A program made the translations under genes and the position numbers. Positions 40,199 through 53,285 of a DNA stretch of 64,000 nt are shown here, piece by piece; the first letter of the stretch is position 1; each line of letters starts with the position of its first letter. The notes below the pieces were generated by a model, which saw only the letters and a list, made by a program, of their open reading frames with translations, was not told the origin of the DNA and made no database searches. Source of the stretch: Octopus bimaculoides. Its lineage: Eukaryota. The stretch lies in assembly GCF_001194135.2 (NCBI RefSeq), contig NC_068981.1, positions 96,559,582-96,623,581 on the forward strand, read 5' to 3'.

Positions 40199-41798
40199 AA
40201 ATATATATATATACATACACCATAAAACCTCATAAAACTAGAAAGACTTCAATTAATATCCTAGCATAATAAAACTACCAATGAAGCAATCATGTAATAT
40301 CAATATATACAATAAAACTAAGAACAAAACCACCATATACCAACCTAATGAGAATGAAGGACAACTCAAAATAACAAGATCGAAGATAAAAAAGATTCAC
40401 AGACAACAAGTATATGAAATATATATTCCCATCCTCAGCTGCCTAATAAATATCATTATGGTTTCAACACCTGGTCAGTACCTCTCAAACTGGCAGTATC
40501 AACAGCATGAAAAACATAAAAATTGCCCGGGAATAAGCAGACAAGCAGGAATGAAACAGTACATGTCCACTACATACATGTGTATATGTGTATGTGTACA
40601 TACACACACATATATACATATTTTTATACACCCATAGTTATATGCACACACATTTACATACGCATAAATGCAGATTATATATACACACATGCACAGATAT
40701 GTATTTGCATGTATATGTATGCATATACATGTAAGTATATATATATGTATATACATCTCTCTCTCTCTCATGGTGTCAAAGCCTGAAGTAATTATTGGGT
40801 TAATGGATTTGCATAAAACTGAACTAACTTCATTTTGACGATATATAAAATGTAACATCAAATGCATTTCAAGTGTTTGTATGAAGCAAGATCACATACA
40901 AGAATTTTTTCTTCAGCAAACAAAATCTTAGCACATTTTTGATTTTTGTTTTAACCCCTATTCCAGCCTTTCTTACTTACCCAACAATCATATCAAAATC
41001 TCAAAACTATGGGATAATGCATGATTATTTTTTTTTTAATGTGAATACATAAGCATTACATTTGACAGATTAATCTGAAAGCTAAAGGATTAAGTATTTA
41101 CTGTTTTTATTGCTAATTTATGTTTCAGTCACCAGATTAATCATTTCAAAAATATTTTCCTAAATTCTTCATTATTTTCAAAACTAATTGAAATGAAGGC
41201 AGTGTCTTTTAATGGTAATGAAAGGGTTAAAAGTCCCAAAGGCACAGCTCTCGCCTTTTAAGATTAAATGTCAATAGGTTAGGGACCTAAAGTGCAGCCT
41301 GATGATTATGTATATTATATATCAGTGGTCTAATTAAAAATATAGGGTTTGATACTATAAATTGACCTGTCAGAATTGGACTTGAAGATCTTTGTACCTA
41401 TTTCACAGCCTTGATTTTACCAAGGAAATAATACATATCAAAATGAAACAGAATTATAATCTTTGAAACACCTATTATTTATAAGTACCCAAATATTTGT
41501 GTTTTGTATGATAGGATTATACTAATGTGAAAGACGTTGGCATAAAAAGGAAAGTGAGCCAATTCATAATAAAATGGAAGCAAAAAAGTGAAGTGCTTAA
41601 TTTCTGAATATATACAGATACTTTTTCTATCGCAGACAAGTAAAATAAAAAGACTAAAAAGAGATATTTCAGAGGTTGGTTCCTTGGAAGATATTACAAA
41701 ATAAATAAAAATAATATTAATGACAAAATTATAAAATAAATTTTTAAATTATTATAAAACAAAATTAGATTTCATGTACACATAAATTCAGATATTAC

Positions 41799-41840
41799 CT
41801 ATTTTTTTCCAATTTGTTGTGAACCTCACGTGTTCCGGCC
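41799..41840 (-). CDS. MNT: MNT exon 3 (basic region, 42 nt)
   Basis: ttaatttcag|G GCC GGA ACA CGT GAG GTT CAC AAC AAA TTG GAA AAA AAT AG|gtaat encodes (G)AGTREVHNKLEKN(R), the diagnostic MNT basic region with the H-x3-E-x3-R E-box contacts. Confidence 0.95.
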
Positions 41841-41889
41841 CTGAAATTAACAGTAGCAAATTAAGTAAAAGAAATATTTTTATAAAACA

Positions 41890-41920
<31 letters not shown>

Positions 41921-42518
41921 GCTGAGTAATAAAAAAAAAAAGAATCCCCCACAAAAAATATATAAATAAAATTGTAATTAGTCATTATGAGCTACATGTT
42001 TAACATTTGAGCAGAGGAAATATTAAACTAATTCAACAAGAGGATTTATTTACATAATGTAAACAGATTAGTCATTAATGCTTCATGCAATAAACATTGG
42101 CTACATACAAAAAATTCAGTGTTTCTAAAAGATAGTTACTAAACCAAAGAAGTTATCTATACAACCAAAGAATCTTTTCTATCAAGATGTCAACTCTAAG
42201 TATATATGGTTTATAACAGAATTTAGTTGATACCAGAATCTCTCAGAAACTATATAAGATACATATTTCAAGATGGCTTAGTTTCAGTTAACGGTCTACT
42301 AATAATGTTAATTATCTGTATTAATATAATCATGAATCACATGATCTATTAAATCTTTAATTGTTAGTAGAACTAATTAGGGAAATAAAACAATGAGTAA
42401 ACAAATAACATCTCAAAAGGTTTGCTAGGATTTCTTTTGCTTCAGAATGAAACTCTTTTTGAGAAGTGAGAAAATTGATATTTGACCTTTATGATAGAAA
42501 CCATCAGAAACTAATATA

Positions 42519-43813
42519 CAGGGTAGGGCAGAGAGGATGGATGTTTTTAAAATGGCTATTACTCAGCCCCAGGGGGAGGGACATATGCTAAACAGGTACC
42601 ATTCGGTCAGTGATATCTTAGCATTTCTTTTTCTTTTCAGGTGAAGCCATGACATTATGGACAATAGAGCATCACATGTTTGTCTACTACAGTTACATGA
42701 AGAATAACGAGGCTGTCATAGCAGTTCAGCGTGAGTTTTGGTACCACTTCAACATTCACCGAAATCAGGCTGTTCCCACCCGTAACACAATCTTACGTTG
42801 GGTGAATGCACTTCATACACGAGGTACACTTATGAATATGAGACTGGTTGAGGTACCACATATGGTGCAAACTCCGGAAAATGTAGAACATGTCAGACAA
42901 GTTTTGATACAGAGTCCAAATCGCTCTGCTTGGAGGCATTCCACTGAACTTGGCATTGGTAATCAATCAGTAAGGCATATTTTGCATGAAGACCTGAATT
43001 TCCACCCATGCAAATTGGTCATTGGGCAACAGTTGAAACCATGGGACTATGCACAGTGGCTTAACTTCACACATCAGATGAAAGCAATTTTTGAGGCAAA
43101 TGACAACTTCATTTTGCTAATGAGTGATGAAGCTCATTTTCATTTCAGTGGCATGGTGAATCAACAGAACTGTCGTTATTGGGCTCTTGAAAATCTGAGA
43201 GAACTATGCGAAAGACCACTGCGCAGCCCAAAAGTGATGGTCTGGTGTACAGTTGGAAAAGCTGTCGTCGTTAGTCCTTACTTTTTTGAAAACAATAATG
43301 GAAATGCTGTTTCTGTGAACTCTGAGAGTTACATTGAGATGATAAACAACTTCTTTGTGCCTGAATTATGAAAACATATGATAACAAAAGGATTAAGAGT
43401 AAACATGTTTGTGGAACACCCAGCCACTCACATGCTTATTCAATAAGCAGGTAGTTCAGCTGATCAAACAACTGAATACTTAGTCATTGAAACCAATGGA
43501 GATCCATTACTGTATGCATAGTGTGACTGCATAATTCAACTAGATAAATCTACATATTTGAAGGAAGCTATTTGTGTGGAAGACACCCAAATCAACAAAG
43601 CAATGCTGGAGAGAGTGGAGGCCAATTTCCAAGAACGCATTCAGAAATGCACCAATGAAAATGGACCCCACATGATGGATGTTGTTTTCCACACTTGATT
43701 ATGACAAATGCTAATTCAATGCAAACACATTGATGTCAATAAAATTTGTTGGAGGCTAAAATTAATGATCTTGTGAATTTTTCAAAAATGTCCGTCCTCT
43801 CTGTCCCGACTTG
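42519..43813 (+). mobile_element. Tc1/mariner element, rosa/DD41D-like, both TIRs present
   Basis: TA|cagggtagggcagagaggatggatgtttt ... aaaatgtccgtcctctctgtcccgacttg|TA. ORF 42649-43371 carries HTH and MSDEAHFHFSGMVNQQNCRYW; the C-terminus LKEAI...FQERIQKCTNENGPH survives at 43558-43699. The subfamily call is from motif memory. Confidence 0.88.
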
Positions 43814-44794
43814 TATTACCAAGTTTTCATTTCTCAGCCTATTAACCAGGTTACAATTTTATTCATCATCAAAATCATTGTCATCATCATTATTATTCAC
43901 AAATACATTAGAGCAGCAATTTTTCAATAGCCAGATGTCTTTTCACTTAGTTCCTCAGTGTCATGGCTGAATTAGAATTCAAGGCAATAAACTACTAAAC
44001 TATTAAGCTACAATGAATAATTAGTTCTTACACACTTAATCACCTCAGTAACTCCCCATTCCCATTTTGTTTTAAGCCAACAAGGGAAAATATACATGTG
44101 AAATCCACCAGAAATATACTGCAGATAATATCCTGCCATCTTTTAAAAAAGGCCTGTCAGATGTGGTCTTGGGTTCCCTGTATATAGGAAAAAGATGGGA
44201 TGGCCACAACTGGAATACCTTTGATCATAGGTCTACTCAATCAAGGCTGACTTAGGGTGAAACATTAACAACAACACCCATTTTGGTTGATTCAGTTTTA
44301 TTTTAACAAAGGCATGGTCGTGTGGTTTATTTTACTTCCCAACCATGTGGTTTGGGGTTCAGTCACACCATGTAACACCTTGAGTGTCTTCTACTATAGC
44401 CCAAAGCTGACCAAAGCCTTGTGAATGAATTTAGCAGATGGAAACTGAAAGAAGATCATTATATGTGTGAGTATGTGCAAGTGTGTGTGTCTTCTGTGTC
44501 TGGTTTACAGCTTGCCTGCTTCAATGGAAATTTGCAATGCACAGGCAGTGTCGTTGTCAGTTCTCTTGTCAACTAATTGTTCTCTTCAAACCTTCAAAGC
44601 CACATGAAATAAGAGGTCAGTTACTTGAAAAAGCAGGTATAGTTTTAATGACTAGAAGGGTATTTCATTGTAAAATACTGCCTCAATAACACGTTCACTT
44701 AACCCATGCAAGCTTGGAAACACAGACACAAAAATAAACTAATGAAATAAATTTCAGGTTAGTGGAAAATTAAGTTGATCTAAATAGGATTTAA

Positions 44795-45014
44795 CCCTTT
44801 AGTATTCAGATTTCTCTGTCAAATGTAATGCTTATTTATTCACATTGATTTCAATTCTTCATGCATTATCTCATCACTTCAAGATTTCAATGATGTGATT
44901 GTATATTTTTAGAATGACATTGTAGAATAGGTGTGATATGCTGGATCTGATCACTTTGAACATAAAACAAGTAGAATATTCAGATCAGATTTTGCAGGTT
45001 TAAACGCTAAAGGG
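44795..45014 (+). mobile_element. piggyBac-type MITE (220 bp)
   Basis: TTAA|ccctttag...ctaaaggg|TTAA; related partial or composite copy at about 41005-41226. Confidence 0.88.
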
Positions 45015-48000
45015 TTAAACCAGAGTCATGTTTTAAAATTGCTATTAACAAGCGAGAATTTTGACATGCTTATTAATGCATTAGCTCATATACTCAATAC
45101 ACTCTAATATGCAAATGAAATATGAACTTTCAATCTACTACAACCAACACAAAAACTATAACTTCCTCAAAGTATAAAGAATCAGATATACTTTTATAAT
45201 CTAAGCTTGTTCAGTGAATTGACAAATGTAACTATAGAGACATCTCCACTCCTTCCAAAGGCAGCAGCTGCATGATAGTAAACTGAATAGTCAATGAACA
45301 AAAATTGGGATAAACCCTCTAATCAAACAATAGCTAAGCCACAAGAAAAATCATCATTTCTTTATCTACAGAATAATTAAGAATAAGACCAAGAGTTTGA
45401 GCCAACAACAAATATACTGATTCCTTTTATACTCCAAACCAATATATTTTTAAGAGGACCTCAGCAATCAATAAACAAAACCAATAGATAAGAGTGAACA
45501 GATTATAAAGACAGTCATATATCAACACAATCTTACTGCTACCATCTATCAATGGAAAACATTTAAATTTTAAAATCTACAAATGAAAGTTAATTTTATA
45601 ACAAATCAAACATTCTCTTTTTATCAATGAAAATAATTTTCCAACACATTTAAAAATTTTGAAGGCATATAGTACTATAAATTATTTTTTTAAATCCTAT
45701 AAAAAATTGAAAAAGAAAAACAATATTTTGAAATGAAAAACCAACAATTTTTTTCTCATGGAAATAAATGAAAAACGGATATGTAGACAGATATAGCCTG
45801 CATCAAATTAGATGCTGTTCATGAGTAGAACCTGTTGCACAGTTGCAAAGGCAGAGGTATGTTGCTTTTATGAATACATATCAAATTAGAGAGCTATAAA
45901 ATGAAATATATTTGAGATTAACTCTATTAATAATAATTCACTCAATGTTAACACTCTCAAGGTTCCTAGTTGCTGTAAAAATGACAAAAAAATTATACCA
46001 GTTTAATGAGTTTGAGTGTCAAGGAAAGAAACTTAAAAGAGGAAACTCTTGAGCTAAGACTTTGGGTTGAGTGTTATGTAAAATGATTATCACAATTGCT
46101 CTGATGTGCTCAAATTAAGTGTAACAGGTAAAGTCAGAGGAGGAGGGGTAGTGTCTATGTGTTTTGAGGACTCCCCAAGCTTGATAAGATTGATGCAATT
46201 GTTGTTTAATCTGAACATTTGAATGTTAATATTTGCAGGAAAAGCAAGGGCGAGGAGGGAGAATAGATTGTTGCGGTTTGGGAGAAGGAATGGAAAAATG
46301 TCCAGTGCTGTATCTAAGAGGTGATTCAGTGTGGATGGCAAAAAGAAAAGACATGGGTTAGGTTCAGAGTTTTCCACTAGGTAATTCAGAAAAGCAGTAG
46401 CCATTTTAGTAGGGCCACAGATCTGTGAGGTAGTGATTATAACATGCTGGCAACTGAATCAAATGGTTCTTGTCTTGCAAATTACTTGGTGACTTTGATG
46501 GTGCCATATAAAAAGCATCCAGTACATATAGTAAAGTGGTTAGCATTAGGAAGGACATCCAACTGTAGAAACCATACCAAAGCAAACAGTAGAGCTTATG
46601 CAGTCCTCTGGCTTGCCAGCTCCAGTCAAACTGTCCAACCCATGCCAACATGGAAAATGGTGATATATATATATGTGGGCTTCTTTCAGTTTCTGTCTAC
46701 AAAATCCATTCACAAGGTTTTGATCAACCTGAGCCTACTTGCCCCAGCTTCCACACTATGGGGACTGAACTGGAAAGCATATGGCTGGAGAAGTAAATTT
46801 TTAATCACACAACCACACCTGTACCTACCTCAATGTCATACACATTTTGTTTTACTTCCAAATTTAGTTTTTATACAAATGAATATGCCCCAAAGCACAC
46901 ACCTGGTTCAGTTCTTACTAAGTCAAATGTAAAGCAATCAGTAGGAAACATAGACAATCTCCAGCACATTGACTTGGCCAGAAATAGTTGATAGAAAAGA
47001 CATTAAAAAGTTGTACAGATTCATAACCAATTATCACCATCTTTTATATTTCACTTGTTTAAGTCATTGGACTGTGGCCATGTTGGGGAACTACTTTGAA
47101 GGGCTTTGTCAGACAAATCAACCCAAGTAATTATTTTTAAGCCTTACAACTATTCCATTGGTCTCTTTTGCTAAGCCAGTAAGTTATAGGGACATAAACA
47201 AACCAACACTGGTTGTCAAGTGATGATGGGAAATAAACACAAACACAAACACACACACACACAATGTGCTTCTTTCAGTTTCTGCCAGCCAAATCTACTC
47301 ACAAGGATTTTTTCAGCTCAGAGCTATAGTAGAAGACACTTGCCCAAAATGTCGCACAGTAGAACTGAACCCAAGACCACATGGTTGAGAAGCAACCTTC
47401 TTAACCACACAGGAGTGCAGAAATGAAACTGGAATAATGCATACATATACATACACATACATATATATACAGACAGATGGATGGATATGGAAGACTATAC
47501 AGGAATTGCATGTGGCATGTTAAGTGGTGTGGTATTTGTTATCATATAACAAAGAACAGGAAAATTTTTAGAATTTCTGATAGTCAAAATTCAGTGTTAG
47601 GACTGAGCAAAGACAAATTTCATAACAGAAAAGCAACAGAATAAAAAAAAATTAAGTCAGTAGAAGAAAAGTTCACTTAAACCTGAAAGATATTTCTTTT
47701 CATTCCTTAGGTATTTCAAATTATTTATAATTTCATAATTGAGGAAAAGTTGAGGGTGTGTGAAAGTCTCTTAAACATAATCTATCCTCTCTCTCACGTT
47801 TCATTTCCTAGTTTTCTGGGGAAAATCTGGTAAGACTGACAATAACAGCTTCCTAAAAGTTAGGCCAGCAAAACTTGAAAGTTAGTTGTTAGACAAGGCA
47901 TGAAAATGTTAGATTAGAGACAGTGATATAAGATCGAGACTACAGGAAAGATACTGAATGACAAAACACATCTAACTTATTCCAACATAACAAAATAAAT

Positions 48001-48792
48001 TTTAGAAGAAAGTGTATTATTACCCAAAGAAACTGCACTGATGACAATATAAAACAGACTTAGTCAGAATCCTATTCAATCAACAAAGGCATTTCTTAAC
48101 TACAATCTTTTGGTTCCACTATGTATGTCAGTATCTGATTTTATTCAATTAACCTTCATTGACATTTTCTTCTAAGATACCATCCATATAACTATTTATC
48201 AATACTAATACTTTGTAACTAAGAAGCTTAATCTCAGTAGGAAAAATACTACTTCTGTACTTTTATCTTTTACTTGTTTCAGTCATTGGAATGCAGTCAC
48301 CACCCTGAAAGGTTTTAGTCAAATAAATCGATTGCAGTGCTTATTTTTTAAAGTTAGTACTCATTCTGTCAATCTTTTGCTGAACTACTAAGTTACAAGA
48401 ACACAAACTAATAGTAGCTATCAAAGCTGTGGTGGGGGACAAACACACATCCACTCATATAGTTATATACATACATATATATATACAATAGGTTTCTTTT
48501 AGATTCCATCCACCAAATCCACTCATAAAGCTTTGGTCAGCCTGGGGTTATAGCAGAAGACACTTGCCTAAGGTGCTATGAAATGGCACTGAACCCAGAA
48601 CCATGTGATTGGGAAGCAAACTTTTTACCATAGTCATGGCTGCAATTATGATTCAGTTAAATTTTCCCATGAATTTCAGTCTTATGGTAGGATAGCACTG
48701 TTAAAGCAACTGTAAATCTTACGTTTACTTAAGAAAATGGTGAAGAGGATCGGTAAAAAAAAAATAAAATAAAATCAATGTTGTTTACTTAC

Positions 48793-48979
48793 CCGCCAGC
48801 ACGTCTTTTGTCAGCTTTATCTTCTGAACCCGGTGATTTGTTAGCATTATCTATGTGTGGTGGTGAACTAACTGAAGATGACGATGATGATGGTGGAGGA
48901 GGTGGTGGTGGCGGTGGTGGTGGTGGTGAAGTTTGAATTTGTTCATAAAAGTTGAATTTAGCTTGATCGATATCTTCCC
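48793..48979 (-). CDS. MNT: MNT exon 2 (poly-Pro/poly-Ser linker ending KRRAGG)
   Basis: Long pyrimidine tract and tgcag| acceptor; GG|gtaagt donor. 187 nt, phase 1 to 2, open in frame with exons 1 and 3: GEDIDQAKFNFYEQIQTS-P12-S6-VSSPPHIDNANKSPGSEDKADKRRAG(G). Confidence 0.9.
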
Positions 48980-51900
48980 CTGCACAGAAGAGAGAGAAAA
49001 AGAAAGAAAAAAAAGAACAAGAGACATTACAAGCAGAAAATATAATTGTTGAACATTTAAGTTCACCTTTTGTTATAACTGAGAGCTACAACTGGCCAAA
49101 CTATGAGGATACTAGGCCGTTGGCCAATGAGATTATTGAGTTCATTCATACCCAATCATCAACACAGACATAAAAAAAAATTTTAATCTGAATGCCTAAA
49201 TTCACCAAGTCTAAAAGTTGGTTATAGCACTGTATATCTGACAAGTTTTTTATCAGCCAACAGAGCATCACTCAACACAAAGATAACAGGAAACCACTTA
49301 AGATTCACTAGCAACTCAATGGGTTAAGAAGTTGGTAGTAATGAAACAATATGGAAAATATAAAGAATTTTATTAGATGAAAGGATATTGTTTGAGGTCT
49401 AAGGCTAAACAGACTATGATAAACAGAATAAATATATTTTCATCCTAATGATTTTAAGACAGTGGATTACCCAGATTTTATCCTAAGACAGATTTATCTT
49501 TCATCTATTTAACACCTTGAATTCAGAACTAAACACCAACTTTTAAAAGTCATTCAAGGGCTATTTACAATATATTTATGAGATAGGAACTGCTAGGTAG
49601 TTTCTTTGCATGCTTGTTTACTATGAATTGTAAGATGCCCAGCATCTTCAAATATAGTTAGCACTTATAAGAGCTGGGTGCAGAATTCGATCACTGGAAA
49701 GCCACAAAGGGGCACATATGTATTTGATAAGCCTCTTCCAAAAAAAAAAAAAAAAAATTGTTAAAGACTGTACAATCCCTTGAATTTTGATAGTTCAACC
49801 CATCCCACAAAGCTCAAAAGTAATCTCATTCTGTCTTGCAAAATTTTTCAGAGGCCCTGAACATATAAAGTACATCAAAGCTGTCAGTCTGAATCAGACT
49901 CTACAGCTGCAAAAAAAAATTGTATAAATGTGTACTTTAAGACAGGGTAACCGATTTAGTATTAAAAAAAAATCAACAATCTGAACACATCCTGTGAAAA
50001 ACAGAAATCTGTCACATAGACTGTACCTGTTCTTGGGTGGTAGATTTAAATCTGTCACCAGGTTTAACACTACCCCTTTGACTTTGAGTACCTTTAGAGG
50101 GATCCACTCTGCTGCAAGCATTCAGACTAGGTCTCTAGTCCAAAGATAACTCAGTATACTTGTATGTTGCTTCCTACTGCAGCAACACATAAGATGTGGT
50201 TTATTGTCCCTTTCCTCCATCAAGTCTTGGAGACTCTGCAAAAGGTCGTGGTCATTCACTGCCCTGTTCTCCTCTGACTAAGCCATATAAAAGAAAATAA
50301 TAAAACAGCCGATTACATGAAGGCATTCATCTTCACTTCATTGTTTCCTTTCACTTTCTTTTTCTCCATTCAGCCAACCATTTTCAAAATATCATATTTC
50401 TATAAACAATCCTTTAACTAGGATTAAAGCCCAATAATACAAACAATTAGGAAATTCTATTCTACCAAGAAAAATAGTCACAGTACAAAAATAGAGTTTC
50501 TTTCTTTGAATGGTTTGTTATGCTGCCATCTTTTACAGATTTTGATATTCTTATATCATAAAATTATATGATCCCCTAAAATCTGACTTTGACAAACTTG
50601 AAAATAAATGATATTTATAATATACTGTTAAACAACTACAGCTAAAATATTACAGTTACTCCTACATTCAATTTGATTTATATATATGAATTTATAATTC
50701 GTATATGTGACTCAAAAATGTAATATTGTGGCTTTTATACCTCTTCTTAAGAAGCATTAGCCAAGTATTTAAGACTGTATGTGTTTGTGATGAATTCCAT
50801 AAATGATATCTTGCAGAGTTAAAGCACCTTAAAAAACCCGGAAATTTGAGACACTGATGTCTTTCTCAAGGATACTGATGGTTTAATAATTGAAGCAGTC
50901 ATAACTGAGTACTGAAATTGAGAACATATTCTATAGCCATTGAAAGTAAATCAAATTCCTACAAGACACTGAAACTGTCTCCAAGCTGACGTACCCAATA
51001 TTACCTGCCCATTTGTTTAATAAACAGACTGTTACCAGAGAACACAAGAGTAAACTGAGATTAAAATCGATTTCGGAGTTAGTCTTTGACTGAAAAATGT
51101 ATGACAAAGAAAGTGAGAATAAATTTGTTGTGACATAAATTTCGATTACCAGATTTCAAAAGTTTATTTCCTTGGAGTCTTAATTTGATACACATGAATT
51201 TTCAAGACCATTCTCAGCAAGTTCTCCAGTGTATCAAAGCAGCTAAATTAAATAATCACTCATGTAGGGAATTATTAAAAGGTCAAGATTTCAATGCCAA
51301 ACAAACAAGGTCGAGCTGACATTTCCTTCAGTCTTATATTAAGACTTTGTCCCTTCCTTTATGATGTAACACGAAAAGGAAATTCCACCTGCGCACACAC
51401 ATATATACACACACAACAGCAGGCATTATTAAAACGTAAATTTTATTAGAACGATTAAACAAAACATCAACAGAATCTTATTCCATTTGTTGAGACTCAT
51501 TAATGTGGGCTACATGCACACAAAATAAGGTGCTAATGAATCAAAACAATATTATAACATGTGACATAAACTATGGAAGTGTCATAGCTGGTTAATAACG
51601 ATCATCATTTGTGTCAATGAATAGTGTAAATCTAAGTTTGAGGGATCGTGCCCTATTCACGTCTTGTTTATAGACAATACATTCTCTGAAAGGGGGTATG
51701 GGAGGATTTGAAACTAATATTCTGTCCACCCAAGCACCAAAAGAGTTATCAAAAATATAAAACAACGTTGATAGTTTCAACAGTAAATATATTTTAATGC
51801 TAACAATCAAGTATAACTTGGTATTTTATCCAGAAAATAAATGTGCGTTTCTAATATATTAAAAAAAAATACCTGTGGACAACCAGTAAAAGTATTTTTA

Positions 51901-53218
51901 GATATCTGATTATGCTTTTTAGAGAAGGGAGGGAGAGAGAGGTGCGTCTGCAAATAGTGCCAACACCATGAGGAGGCATAAGACACATGCCAGAGTGAGA
52001 CTAATAGATTTATAAACAAACAGGAAGCAATAAGTCAGTTGCCTCTCTTTCAAAAACACCTCCTACAAATCGGCAATTAATGCACAGAAAATTTAAATTA
52101 TAATAATTAGCTGCTCACAAACGCAAACAGAGGCGCAGACATTATACATATATATATGCATATATATCATATACAAACACATGCATGTAACCAGGAAAAT
52201 TTACAAAAAAAAAATCTTGAAATACATAAGCGATGCAAACTTTAGTATCGAGTAGAGTTTATTTTTGTCCACATCACTCACAGTTTTCTTTGAAACAATA
52301 ACTAATATATTATCGGCTGTCAAGTAGTAAATTTTAGTACAGATCAAATAGCACGATTTTTAACTGAGGTTACGTTTCTAACCTAACAACGGGATGTTGA
52401 AATCAGGATCTGCAGAAATTGCATAGAGAAAATATTTATAGCATGGAAATCATATGAATTGAGATTATTAGTCTGACTAAATATTCAGTTCAACCAAGAA
52501 ACTGGTTAGAAATATCAATATTAAAAAAATTAAGGCGATCAGTAGATTTATTGAGTTTTATTCATTAGTATAGCAATGTAAGGCAAAATATACGAAAGCA
52601 GGATGTGAATAAACATTAATATACAGGAAAATAAGACATTTGTGTACATGGAAAGAAAGTGCAAACAGGTTTACATGCATCGGTGTATATTGAAATTGGG
52701 ATTATGTGAGAAATGGATAGATCCAACAAAAGAATGAGCTTTTGACAATAAGTGAGCATGAAATGGGTTTCATCACAAGGTTTGGGGCAGACGATAGCTT
52801 TTGTGACTAGTGTATAAATGGAAAGCTTTCGTGATTATTGCTTAAAGAGTTTAGTTCTTCGTATTTGACAAACAAGTTAGCAACATGACAGCGAGATCAA
52901 TCTCACTGAAAGGTTTATATACATATATACACAACAGAAAAAAGAACTGGTACCAGCAGTAGCCAAAGACCTGAATATCAAAGCAGGCTTAATGCGAGAG
53001 TTGGTGGGGAGTTGCAAAGCTGAGCAAAGGCAACAGCAGGTGCGCAGTGGTGCATCGGCTGTATATGTTATCAGGGAAAAGAAAAGAGGGGAAAGGGAAA
53101 TATGTACCAGCTATTAAGAAGATGGAGCCGTTGTTGCTGCTGCCTCAGCTGCTATTGTTGTTAAAAGTCGATGTCTGCTGGTACCAAAGCCAAAGAGACC
53201 ATGTGCTTTTCTACTCAC

Positions 53219-53285
53219 CACGTGCTTTGGCACGAGATTTCCATTCCACATAATCCGCCGCCGCCAACAACGTCTCCAGACTCAT
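53219..53285 (-). CDS. MNT: MNT exon 1 (start codon and Sin3-interaction domain)
   Basis: ATG at 53285-53283 opens MSLETLLAAADYVEWKSRAKAR+G, matching the Mnt/Mxd SID helix (human MNT MSIETLLEAARFLEW). Ends at a strong donor G|gtgagt (53218), phase 1; 67 coding nt. Confidence 0.93.

Noticed and set aside
48851-49066. His-rich ORF (HHHHHRHHH)
   Set aside because: Alternative frame of the (CCA)n poly-Pro run in MNT exon 2; the splice phases select the Pro frame.
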